From the NCBI GenBank assembly GCA_964270895.1, contig OZ185440.1: 64,000 nucleotides of DNA. One strand, written 5' to 3'. Source of the DNA: Podarcis filfolensis. Lineage: Eukaryota. The position numbers and the translations under genes are program-made. The number at the start of each line of letters is the position of its first letter. Positions within the stretch are counted from its first letter, which is position 1. Below are positions 35,981 through 47,347 of this stretch, in pieces. The notes under the pieces were generated by a model, which was given only the letters and a program-made list of their open reading frames with translations, was not told where the DNA came from and did no database searches.

Positions 35981-38900
35981 CTTCGTGTCTGTTTTGTTCT
36001 TTAATAAGAACTTTTTCTTTTTTAAGGTTGCCTTTTGGGGCCCCGAAAGAGCTTCTCTCCCCCCCCCAATCCTTTCCAGGTGCTTGAAACCAATAAAAAA
36101 CACACAATGAAACAAAATTAAACCCAAAGAAAATAGAGAAAACCTTCAGACTGGGCAGGGGGTGGGGGGCAGTTGGTGGGGTGGGGGTGGGGTTCTACCA
36201 GTTTAAAAGCCATCAGGGATGTGGTTTGTTTTAATTTCTTTTTGCACGCTACAGTCATGGCATGCAGAGGTTTTTCTCTTCCTTGTCCACATGCTAGTAA
36301 GCAGCAACTGGCTTCTTTGCCCAAGGACACCAGGGATGGGGAAATTGTGATCCCCCAGATGATATTGGATTGTGCGGTCCCAGCCAGCATGACAAGTGGT
36401 CGGGGATAATGGGAGTTGTAGTCCAATAAGATATGGAGGGTCACAGTTTATTGATTCCCCGTGGACATGGGGTGTAAAGTCCTCCATGTGTGATTGCTAC
36501 ATGCAGCACTACCCAGAAGTGGTTTCTATTTAGGGCCACGAAAGATGTTTAGAAAATTATCCAGTTCCACACTGGTGAAGCTGGTATTTTTAATTTGGTT
36601 TGCCCTTTTGCCTAGAAGTGCATGTTTAACATCATACACAAAGTGGTTACTACTCCACGTTAGAATCTGTGGATTAACACCTGTAAGTATGCATTGACAG
36701 GTGCTAACTGCTCTTAAGGGGCCTTGAATATGTTTAGTGGTTAATGAATATGTGATTCGTGGTGACAGGACAAAACATTTGCCTATATTGAGGAAGCCAT
36801 GGAGTGATCATATGACTCCTCCTTTGCACACCTGCAGATTCCACACTTCACAGCACTGCCATGTGTAATCAGCCCTTTGTTAATACCCTTCTAGCTAAGG
36901 AGGAATGTTACTACATTTTCAATTGCCATTATGGCTGAAATGAGGATTCTGACATGCATTAATTCCTTGATAAACAGCACAGGGTTTGTGGTATATTTGG
37001 GCGTTGGTGCATTATGTGATGGATAACTTATCGTTTCATTACCAGTTCCAAACTGCAGCTTCTGCTTAGCTTATTCTTGTTGTTTTTTAAAACCTAAATT
37101 TCACTTCTGCCTTGTAGTGGAATGAAGTTACTAAATATTTTCGGGCAGAAATGCCACGAAGGAAACACAGGCAACACTTCAAAAAATATGGGAATTGTTT
37201 TACTGCAACAGAAGCAATCGACTGGCTTCATGAATTACTGAAGAATAACCGTAATTTTGGTCCAGAAGTTACTAGGCAGCAAACTATTCAGCTGTTAAGG
37301 AAATTTCTCAAAAATCATGTGATAGAGGATATAAAAGGAAGATGGGGCTCAGAGAATCTAGATGACAACCATAACTTGTTCAGGTAATATATAACCATAT
37401 TGATAGAACTTGGAAAAATGGGTTGACTGGATGCAAAAGTCCTTTTGATTTCCCCTGTTTCATGTGTTACTACCAAAAATAATGAGGTTTTAATTTATTC
37501 AGTTTCCACCTTTGAGTAACATGGAATTGAAAATTAGCTGTAACATAAGATCAGCATCTAGCAGTATGATATAATATGCACTAGGCTTGTGCCAAACTGC
37601 TTGGGAAACTGGGCTTACTTTATCCTGTTCATACAACGAAAGAATTCATCTTCTTCCTACGTTTCAGTACTTGTATGTGACATGTATCCATTACCTTAAT
37701 GAAAATTGTTGACTTTTATACTGTAAATGTTTTTGAGTGATGAACACTTTCACAAATACTTTGAAATGCAAACTGTGTTTCAAAATAGTCTGTGACGCTA
37801 CTGTTCAATGTTGAGCTTTTGTGTTTTAAAATTACAGGTTTCCTTCAGTTTCCCCAGTGAAAATTCTGCCACGTCGGTATCCGTTGAGTGAGAGCACAGA
37901 TAATATTTCTAAACAGACAGAAAAGACATTTAAGTTACCACATTTCTCCAGAAGAACACCCAAAAAATATGAATTCCGGGAATGTAAGGTAATAGGTTAT
38001 TTCTGACTCTGATTCTATGACTCATTATGTACACTTACCTGGGAGTAAACCCATGGAACACAGACCTGCTTCTGAGTATTTATTTATTAGATTTCTATCT
38101 TTCTCCAAGGAGCTCAGTGTAGCAGCATACATGGTTCCCCTCTTCTCCATTTTACCCTCACAACAACCCTGTGACGTAGGCTAAGCTAAGAGATGGCAAC
38201 TGACCCAAGGTCACCCAGTGAGCTTCATGGCTGAGTGGGAATTTGAACCCAACTCCAGACCAATGACCATGCTGGCTGGAGCTGATGAACACGGTAGTCC
38301 AACAGCATCTGGGAAAGCTACAAGTTGCCCACTACTACGTTATGGTGTTGCAGGATTGCTGTAAACATTGTGGGAACAGCTAACTGATGAGCAATTGTGG
38401 GAACATCCATTAGCGGTCTTCTGGCTTCCAGACTCCTGGAAGGATGGGGGTGGAGAACGGTTGTTATGAGACAGTATGACTCTCCCAACTCTTGAGTAAA
38501 AGTCTTGACTATACATATTTATAATGCCTTTTATTATGGCTGCTTTGTAGGAGAACACAGAAAATGTGAAAAGTGAAATGATGGAAGAGGACAGGAAAAA
38601 TATGTGCATCAGACAAATAACCCAAGCAGACATAGACGAAGTTTGGAGAAGCACGGTTGTGATACAGTGAGTGACAAATGGTCTTCTTCACTCCTCTCAT
38701 TTCCCAATGTGCCTAAGGATAGAATCGTTAACTTCTTGGGCAAAGATCATTGTAGTGTCCTGATGGTCAGCTGACGTTCTCAAAGCATTCTGTTGGGAGA
38801 AGCCTCCTTTTAAGTTGTATACTTTATTGCTGGCAGAGCATTTTGAGTACAGTCTTACCTTGGTTTTTCAAATGCCTTGGGGGTCGAACGTTTCGGCTCC

Positions 38901-41726
38901 CGAACAATCGAAAACCAGAAGTGATTGTTCCGGTTTTCGAACATTCTTTGAAAACCAAACATCTGACGCAGCTTCCGATTGGCTGCAGGAGTTTCCTGCA
39001 GCCAATTGGAAGCTGCGCCTTGGTTCTCAAACGTTTTGGAAGTCAAACGGACTTCCAGAACGGATTCCATTTGACTTCCAAGGTACCACTGTACTGGAAA
39101 CTTTGAGCTTAGCAAGCTTATACACCAAATTGAATTAAAATATTAGCATTTCTAAAGAGCACTAGTCCTACTAAAACATAAAAAGTGCATGGATTATTGT
39201 AGTAGCTTAAGCTGGGAAGAAGAGTTATTTCTTCTAGGGAAGAATGTGTGTGCTTTGTCTCTGGCCCTGTTTATATTTTAATGATAAGCTCCTCTGGTTA
39301 ATTTCTTTTAAAACCTATTTTTAATGGGTAATGAAGATAGCTTGTTTAACTAACTAAAGTTTGTTTTACTCCATCTCTGGTTCATATGTAATACCAAGCC
39401 AGGTTTTGTGAAAACCAAAGCTAAACTCAGCCAAACTCCTCCTGGCTGCATAGCTGATAATGAGCAGAGGGAGGAGTGTGTGAGCCCAAAACTCACAGCA
39501 GCTCATGCAAATAGTGGTAAATCATAGTTAAGCATTACTTATGAACACGGTTTCTTGTGATACTTCATGGAACTTCTGTTGGACTTTTGAAGATGCCCGG
39601 TCTCTAGTGTCCTTGTCCTTTACCTGTCTGCGCTTAACAGATTTATCCTTGCTTATTATGATGCCTTAGACACCACAGGAAAATTCATTTCGAACTAGGC
39701 ACTAAAGTGGATTTACATGGCCACCCCTCTTCCCCTATACTATGATTTATTTACTGTGATCACCCAGTGGTGAAGTTTTCATGAAAGCTTGGTTTTGATT
39801 TGCAGGCAGTAACATTAAGAACACAGTAAAACGATATGCTTATCATTTCAGAGATGTTTGAACATCAATATATATTGAATCCTTTTGCAAGCCTGTTTTC
39901 TTTAGAGACCCCCCAAAGTGATGTGCTCAGTTCTGGAATTATCTGGTGTTGTGTTTTTTTCCTCCTTGCAGTTTGCAAACTATTTTAGGCATGCCATCAC
40001 TCAACGAAGTATTGCACCCTGCACAAATAGTTCCTCGGTACATAATATACAACATGACTAATACAAGTAAACGTGGCGTTGTTCTTCTGCAAGACAAATC
40101 AGGCAAGTCCTGTACAATTATTTGAAAACCTGATTTCCACCCCACCCCCCTTCAAATATTACAGAAAATGCAGCATTTCTCCTGTCTGGTAATTTAACAT
40201 TGGCATTAAAATCTAATAATTAATTAATTAATAAAGCCCTCAGTAATTTGAAAGATATATGCCTCCTTTCCTACAGCCCCTCCCAGATGCTAAGATCAGC
40301 AGAGGGGACTCTCTTGGTAGTTTCCCCTCCCTCAGAAGTTTCCGGGGTGCCCTGGGAGAGGGCATTCTCTGTGGAAGCCCTAAGTTGTGGAATTCCCTCC
40401 CCATGGGGGGGGGGGACGGTGCCTGGCTTCTTCACTATTCCGCTTTCAGTGAATTTTGAAGATGTGCCTGACCTTTGACACCTGAGACGTTTGTTTTCAG
40501 AGCCCCGCCCCCTGTTTTGTGTGATTGTGATCTGTTTTAACTGTTTCAAGTTTTTGATTGTAACCCGCCCTGGGATGTGCTAGTGAAAGGCGTGTGATAA
40601 ATGCAATCATAATAATTTCAGCAGAACTTCAATGTAAATATGCTTCATTATCGCAACCTAGCACAAGGGAAGAAGGAGCAAAGGGGAAGTCTAGAACTTT
40701 TCCTTCTTCTCAAACTACATGTTTTAAAACCGGTTATGTCAGCTAAGGGTTAGCTAGTGTGATGCAGTGACTAGAAAATTAACCATGAAGCTTTTTTAGA
40801 ATGTGACCTTGAGCAGCTGGTAACTCTTGTTCTAATTCCCAGCTATGTCTCATGGGTAGCATGAGGGTTAAAGTGAGATGTTATATCTTCCAGAATATGC
40901 CCTTAGATGATGGATGACAAATAGAAAGAATATGTGAAGTCTGCTCTTAAGAATAATAATGGGAACTGGTCAATTTGTCTCTTCCTTCCTCTACCCCCTT
41001 CCTTGCAGAAGACCTCCCTCACTGGGTACTGTCAGCTATGAAGTGCTTGGCAAACTGTAAGTTAGACACACATTGTTTGAAATGTCAGGTGCTGAAATAG
41101 AAATGGAAAACAGAATAGAAATACCAATACTATGTTGGTGACATCTGCTGGGCTCTTATTTATTCTGGGCTTCCAATAATCTGATTTTTAGAATATTTTA
41201 TGAGATAAGTGAAATTAAGGCTGAAAAAAAGAGCAAAATAGTAACACTGTAATTCCATAAATGCACCACAAATTTGTGCCTGATCTGTACAATGGCAGTT
41301 CTTAAAAGAATTGCTGTGTTATGTCTTGTCAGGGGTCCATCCACCACCATACCCCAGCCAGAATAACTAACTAACTTTATTTTTGCCACTCAGGAAGATA
41401 ATTCCATTTGCATTATTATGTATAATGATGGTTATGGCCGAAATCCTAACTCCTGCCGTCAGGGCTTTTCAGAGCAGCAGAGGGGCTGCCACATCCACAC
41501 ACCAGCCACTCACTGAATACAGAATGGGGGGAGGAGGCTTGTACCCCATCCCTGTACCAGCTGCAGCAATTGGGCCCAATCCTAGGCTGGCTCCCCTTTC
41601 AGAATGCCTGTTTCTGAGCTTTCTACTGCTGGAGATCCTGCCTGCTAACCCCTACCATAAAGGGGGTTGGAGTCCTCTGCCCCATAAGATATCTCTCTCT
41701 CTCTCTCTCTCTCCCTCTCCCTCTCC

Positions 41727-41762
<36 letters not shown>

Positions 41763-44700
41763 GCTCTTTGTGCTGTTTCGTGTTTAAATTTTTGAAGAGT
41801 CAAGTTCAATGTTACTAATATTTATTTCGTTTTGTATTTTAGGGCCTAGAAGCAATGGCACGAGCCAGCCAATGTACATGGGCTTTGAACGAGATGTATT
41901 CAAAACAGTTGCCGACTATTTTCTTAGTCTTCCTGAACCTTTGCTTACATTTCAGTACTATGAGTTATTTGTGAATATACTGGGTACGTATTCCTCTAGT
42001 TCTGAGGCGCCTCAAACTTTAATGGGCATTTGAGAAGATGGACTAAGACGCCATGTGTCTGAGCGAAATCACTAGGTTTTCACTTGGAAATCACTTATTT
42101 TCAGAGTGAACTCTGGCTGCCTTAATAGGACAAGTAATTTATTATAAATTTTAACAACTTGGTTTTCTGTTCTTAGTCTTTGCACTGAATGCTGAACACA
42201 GACTGGCTTGTTATGTGTCCTTAGTCTTGCATATCTGAGCTATCTGTTGCACTTATGTTTTTGAATATCCTCTGACTGAGCAAGTGTTCTCTTCAACATG
42301 ACTAACATTTCTGACTTAACTTTTCTGACTTGCGTTGCTTGTCTTGTTGCCCTGTCACATCGCCTGCATCTGAACTTGTATTTCATTTTCTGATAGTTTT
42401 GTGTGGCTACATCGCAGTTCCAAATAGATCCAGTGGAAAATCTAGTGCACGGAATGACTTGACTCTTTCAAAAACTCCACCCTTAAACTCTTTCAAGTCA
42501 ACCGAATGCCTTCTGCTAAGTTTGCTCAAGACTGGCGAAAAGGACAAAGCTGAGGCTTCCAAAACAGTTTCTGTAAAGTGTACAGCTGAAAAGGGACATG
42601 ATAAAAAATTGCAGCATGATAGTGTGCCTTGTGAACATGCCACCGTTCATGAACTAGCAGGTGGAAGTTGTCAGGACCTTTCAAGACTGAAAAATGAACA
42701 AGCTGTGCCTCTCAAACTTAAGGCAAGGTGTTACTCTTTGGAGGGAATTGCAGATACCGCCTCAGGCAAGTGTAGTAAAGACGGACTAAAAACACTTTCT
42801 GAAACTGGAGTTCATATACCGTTCGCAAGTAATGGAGACCAGCTGTTTCACTCTGCACGTAATCCAGACTGTTTCTTGGATCTTTGTTCAGATGTCGCTG
42901 GCCCAAAACAAACATGTGGCTTCAAGAGAGTTTCCGCAGCAAGTATTCCAGACCAAGAGCTATCTAGTGGTAACTACAAATCAAAGCAACTTTGCAGATC
43001 TCGTAGTTTACGTGGAAATAGCAGCTCTAGCTGGTGTAGTGCCCATGTTCCAGTTGCAGAGATCACGGTGAAACCACATCCTTTGGGCCATCTGGGCCAA
43101 AAAACCCAAAGCACCACTACACTGGTTACTAAAATAGGAAATAAACCTGGGAATTCTGATATGGCCATCAGTAAAAGACTCTGCAAAAGTGCAACACAAC
43201 TTTCAGAAAACACGCTTCCCCCCAGCACCCTTATGTTGACTGGCACAAGTAAGATTGCTTTCCTGAGCATGGGATTTATTTATTTATATTTACTAACTAG
43301 TTTGTTTTTCTGCCTTTTTTTTCCTTTGCACAAACCCCAAGGTTTTAAATGACTAAACGTATTCAACAAGATTTGTCAAAACGGTTCCTAGGGCCTTTGA
43401 GGTTCAGTAATTTTAAAAAACTAATATTTTGCCATGCAAGCATCAGTATTTTCTGTAGTGCATGCTAATGCCAAGTGTGTGTGCTCTTCTGTCAATGCTG
43501 TTATATTTGTGTAATTCAGCATATTTGTAACCTGTGTGGCTACTGGGCAACTCTTCCAAACAACGTATAGAGAAAAGAGAGGAGCTGCTGTTGGGCACGG
43601 ACTTCTAAATCACTCGTCTAGCCTCTAAACTTCTAAACAACCAGCTAGACGTTTTTATGTAATTGGACTTTAGCAGACTTCGGTGTTAAAATAATAACGT
43701 TTCACTTTCATTTGCTCTTCACCTGTATTGCTGGAGCAAAATGAAGCGATTTCAGGATATTAGCACAAAAGTCTAGGATAGAGCACATAACTAACTCCTT
43801 AACTGAAGTAGAATCAATTACCATAAAACTATTCCTTTGTGTTATGCGGGGAAATTAACGTGCAGGATTGCTAATTCTGCTTTTGATACAGTTACTGAGA
43901 ATAATGTCTGTCCCCAATTTTTAATTTGCTAGAGATGCTCCAATCTCATTTAGAAAGAGTTGCTATTGAAGCACTGCAGATCTGCTGCTTATTGCTTCCT
44001 CCATCAAATCGCAGAAAACTTCAACTCTTGATGCGCATGATCTCTCGAATATGTGAAAATGTTGATATGCCACGACTTCATGATGCAGTGGGCACCAGGT
44101 CTTTGGTAAGATGCATTGCTTTCCAATTTTTTCTTAAGTTCCATTGTACAACTGAAATTTTAGGCTTCCAATGTTATCAGTCTTTCCTTCTGTGCCATTG
44201 TTACTGTTAAGGGGATATGTCTTGGGAAGGAACATGATACCACATTCTTTCCCAAATAATTGCCACAATACAATTCTTTTGTTTCCTAACCAGTTTGTTT
44301 AAATGTTTCCAGATGATACAGACGTTTTCTCGATGTATATTGTGTTGTGAAGAAGAAGTTGATCTTGATGAGTTGCTTGCCATAAGATTAGTATCCTTTC
44401 TAATGGATCATCACCAAGAAATTCTGGAAGTCCCGATTTATTTACAAGCGGCCGTACAAGAACACTTAGAAATTTTAAAAACTACTCAGGTGAGGGAAAA
44501 GGTTGAAGCATGCCTTTCATGCTTCAAACAGAAACTCTTATGAGTCAGAGATCTTAACTCCTGAGCTTGCTGTCTTTTTTCTCAGCCTGGATCTTGGGAC
44601 ACATTAGTTAAATATTTAAGGCTCCTACTTAAAATGCAGAACTTGACATTTCTTGCCCCTTAAACTTAAGGATGTTTTGCATCCTTGAGGTACTATTCTT

Positions 44701-47347
44701 CCCATATCTTCAGGCAATTGTAATAGTTTGGCTCCTAGCAAAGATTCTGTAGAAATCGTTTGGTTGCTTTCTGGCTATTACAGCGGTGCCTTGGTTGTCA
44801 AACTTAATCCGTTCCAGGAGTCAGTTCGACGCCTGGTACCGTTCGAAAACCGAGGCGCGTCTTCCGATTGGCTGCAGGAGCTTCCTGCACTCAGCCAGAA
44901 GCCGAGGAAGCCACGTCGGATGTTCAGCTGCCGAAAAATGTTCACAAACTAGAACACTTACTTCCAGGTTTGCAGCGTTCGGGAGCCAAGCTGTTCTACA
45001 ACCAAGGGACCACTGTACTCAGTTTGGTCTTCAGGGAATTCCGTGGACTTCCAGACCTGATTATTAATTGACAGGAATCAAATTTTCATTATGTTACTTC
45101 ATACTATAACTGTTCTCTGCACTATAATTCTGAGTCCAATGGCCCTGGGTACTTCTGTGGTTTCAGAAAATTGGGTCATATTTTTATCATACTTTGATTC
45201 CATTGTTCATTGGTATCTTACCCTTTGGGAGTTTCAGCCTCTATAAGTAGGTCAGTATTATTATCATCATCATCATCCACATATGACAGATAGAGAGAGG
45301 GCTGAGAGAATCCTGGTTTGAAACCCATTCAGTGCATCCCTGGCTTAGATTGGAACTGGGAGCATCAGACTGAGAGCACTTGCTGTTTAACAGATGCACT
45401 AAACCAACTCTGTGTAAAATGCCTGGAACTTGACATTATCTTTGTTTGCAGATGGAGTGCCTAGGGGAAGAACTGAGCACCATATTTCCAACTTACTCCT
45501 ACTGCGAGAGGATAACTTCTCAGGAATTTGATGCACAAAAGATTTTCACCTCTCAGGCAGCAGTTGCTGAGCTTCTGGAAAGCGTCATTAAGGACAGAAA
45601 ATTAAGTGTGAAAGACAAGAAGAAGAAGCTTAAGCAGGTAATAGAAGATGTTAAACCTGCATCAACATTATTTGTGAAGCAGGTAGCCATTTAGTTTTCA
45701 GAACTGACAGTTAAGTTGCCTCTGGCAATCTCATTTAGATGAAAATTGTCTGTCTGGAAATGGGTGCTTGCAGTGTGAAGAACAAAGGGATCTGTTCAGC
45801 GGCATCTTTTCTTTTTCCTTTTAAAAAAGCTGCATCTGTTTCTGAAGCCTGCTACAGCCCCATCACTGCTGCCTCTTCTGCTGTAGTGGTGAAAACAAGT
45901 CTTAGGAAAACAAAGGTTTAGGTGGCACCTTAGGTCTGGCAAGTCGGGCAAAGATATAACCTGGCCCAGGTTGCTACTTAAATCTTGCTGCTAATTAGCA
46001 TTCTGCTTAGGCACTTATCTGTGTTAAGCAGACGTCCCTATAGTACACCAGAACTTCTGCTGAGGTGTAGGTGGCTGCTCTTTGCAACCTCCAAAATTCA
46101 CCCCCATCCCAGCTGTGATGAACAGGGACTTTCTAGCGCTACAGTGTTCGTTGTGCCAGCTGCTTTGGCAGTGCAAATACGACTGTGTTGTAACTCTATA
46201 ATGGGAGGACATGGCATTCTTTTATGGGATTGAAATCCCTGGCTACAGCATGCAGAATCATATTAGCCCACCTCAAGATGTCTGGCTGAATGGCAATGCA
46301 TTTTGCAAACTAGGGGTGTGTGGTGGTGGTAGGGATTCTTTTCAATTTTTTAATGGATCAAGAGCAAATCTGCAGTAGAGATTTATCCCTCCTTCACCAG
46401 CCGAATCCTAGACATCTTGGCTTGGAAATAAATGCCACTGTCCCGTATGATTTGCTCTCCAATTAGTATGCAAAGGATTTCAGGCTTAAAGGGTTAATGG
46501 TGAACATGCTGTTTTTGCAATTGGTCTCTGCTTTGATATTAGTAGCACTCTAAAATGACACATAACACCCTTGCAATTGTTACGAAAAAGTGCATGCTAG
46601 GTTGAATAAGTAGGGGTTCTCCTCCCCCCTCAGTAAGTGTTTAGTTTGGTTTATTCAAGGTCACCTGAGACACAATTTACTGTAATCTACTTTTGGGTAA
46701 AGTACAATATCTTTGGAAGCTTAATACAGAGGATTTCTGTTCTCCTGCAGAAACCTTTGAGTTTGTTTTTTTCCTGGACAAACCCCCTACACAAAATTGT
46801 ACTTGTCCCAGAACTTTTTAAGTCTTATGACTGGAGTCCAGCTCTAAAGCAAGCAGCTTTTAAATCACCAAGTTGTTGTTGCTATTCTCTGTGCTCTCTT
46901 GTAGTAATGGAAACTTTGTTGGGGTTGAATTGTTTCTTAAATTCAGCCAAAAGGACGTTTTAAAGTTCCTACTCTGTAGCTAGCTGGTTGCCAGTGAAAT
47001 AATTGTTTCATTCTGGATAGCAAGAAGTCTTAAGCCAGTATTTTGTAGCAAAGTAGAATGTTAAAATTGAATAAATAGAAAATAAAACAAACTTGGCCAC
47101 CTCCCTGCTCACCCCTGACTGCCTTTATAAGAGTTACTACTTGGTTGTAGCACTGTGTTCGTTTTTTGTAACTTCAGTATGACTAACATGGCATCTTGTT
47201 CCTCAGTTTCAGAAAGAGTATCCTGAGATCTATCGAAACAGATTTCCAACCACAGAAAGTGAAGCCATCCTGTTTGAAGACAGGCCCACAATTAAGCAGC
47301 CAATGCTCAGCCTGCGAAAGCCAAAGCTTCGTACCCTGAGAAGTTAA
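35798..47347 (+). CDS. DEPDC1: DEP domain-containing protein 1A, whole gene span (12 coding exons, 2430 nt, 809 aa)
   Basis: Spliced exons 35798-35845, 37118-37383, 37838-37988, 38551-38666, 39972-40102, 41009-41056, 41843-41983, 42397-43248, 43933-44105, 44313-44489, 45452-45637, 47207-47347 give one open frame. It runs [44 protein letters not shown] (DEP domain) through a RhoGAP-like region to ...[10 protein letters not shown], matching vertebrate DEPDC1 as recalled. Lies upstream of RPE65 on the same strand as in mammals. Confidence 0.97.
37118..37383 (+). CDS. DEPDC1: DEPDC1 exon 2 (DEP domain)
   Basis: ttgtag|TGGAAT...TTCAG|gtaat; [28 protein letters not shown]...NLFR. Confidence 0.97.
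37838..37988 (+). CDS. DEPDC1: DEPDC1 exon 3
   Basis: ttacag|GTTT...TGTAAG|gtaat; [15 protein letters not shown]...[13 protein letters not shown]. Confidence 0.93.
38085..38260 (-). mobile_element. Old Squam3-like SINE in DEPDC1 intron 3
   Basis: acaacaaccctgtgacgtaggctaagct...cccaaggtcacccagtgagcttcatggctgagtgggaatttgaaccc. Confidence 0.6.
38551..38666 (+). CDS. DEPDC1: DEPDC1 exon 4
   Basis: ttgtag|GAGAAC...GATACA|gtgagt; [14 protein letters not shown]...[12 protein letters not shown]. Confidence 0.92.
38850..39091. mobile_element. Tc1/mariner-type MITE, family 2, in DEPDC1 intron 4
   Basis: TA-CAGTCTTACCTTGG...CCAAGGTACCACTG-TA. Confidence 0.85.
39972..40102 (+). CDS. DEPDC1: DEPDC1 exon 5 (followed by a GC donor)
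   Basis: ttgcag|TTTGCAA...AAATCAG|gcaagt; [14 protein letters not shown]...[14 protein letters not shown]. Confidence 0.93.
40255..40615 (+). mobile_element. Old L2 3' end in DEPDC1 intron 5
   Basis: gctaagatcagcagagggg...gagggcattctctgtgg...gtaacccgccctggg...gaaaggcgtgtgataaat. Confidence 0.6.
41009..41056 (+). CDS. DEPDC1: DEPDC1 exon 6
   Basis: ttgcag|AAGACCTC...AAACT|gtaagt; (E)[15 protein letters not shown]. Confidence 0.96.
41690..41761. repeat. Compound (CT)n(CA)n microsatellite in DEPDC1 intron 6
   Basis: Direct reading. Confidence 0.9.
41843..41983 (+). CDS. DEPDC1: DEPDC1 exon 7
   Basis: ttttag|GGCCTAGA...CTGG|gtacgt; (W)[26 protein letters not shown]...FVNIL. Confidence 0.96.
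42397..43248 (+). CDS. DEPDC1: DEPDC1 exon 8 (852 nt, phase 1-1, likely alternative cassette)
   Basis: tgatag|TTTTGTGT...GGCACAA|gtaag; lies within ORF 42330-43352; (V)LCGYIAVP...[12 protein letters not shown]...ARCYSLEGI. Confidence 0.93.
43933..44105 (+). CDS. DEPDC1: DEPDC1 exon 9
   Basis: tgctag|AGATGCTC...TCTTTG|gtaag; [36 protein letters not shown]. Confidence 0.96.
44313..44489 (+). CDS. DEPDC1: DEPDC1 exon 10
   Basis: ttccag|ATGATA...ACTCAG|gtgagg; [36 protein letters not shown]. Confidence 0.96.
44781..45015. mobile_element. Tc1/mariner-type MITE in DEPDC1 intron 10
   Basis: TA-CAGCGGTGCCTTGG...CCAAGGGACCACTG-TA; shares ccgattggctgcaggag with 38850. Confidence 0.85.
45452..45637 (+). 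CDS. DEPDC1: DEPDC1 exon 11
   Basis: ttgcag|ATGGAG...AAGCAG|gtaat; ...[31 protein letters not shown]...KKKLKQ. Confidence 0.95.
47207..47347 (+). CDS. DEPDC1: DEPDC1 exon 12 (terminal coding exon)
   Basis: cctcag|TTTCAG...AGT TAA; [46 protein letters not shown]. Confidence 0.96.
   Translation, partial: FQKEYPEIYRNRFPTTESEAILFEDRPTIKQPMLSLRKPKLRTLRS

Noticed and set aside
42330-42396. 5' extension of the 340-aa ORF
   Set aside because: Intronic read-through upstream of the exon 8 acceptor; the protein frame enters from exon 7.
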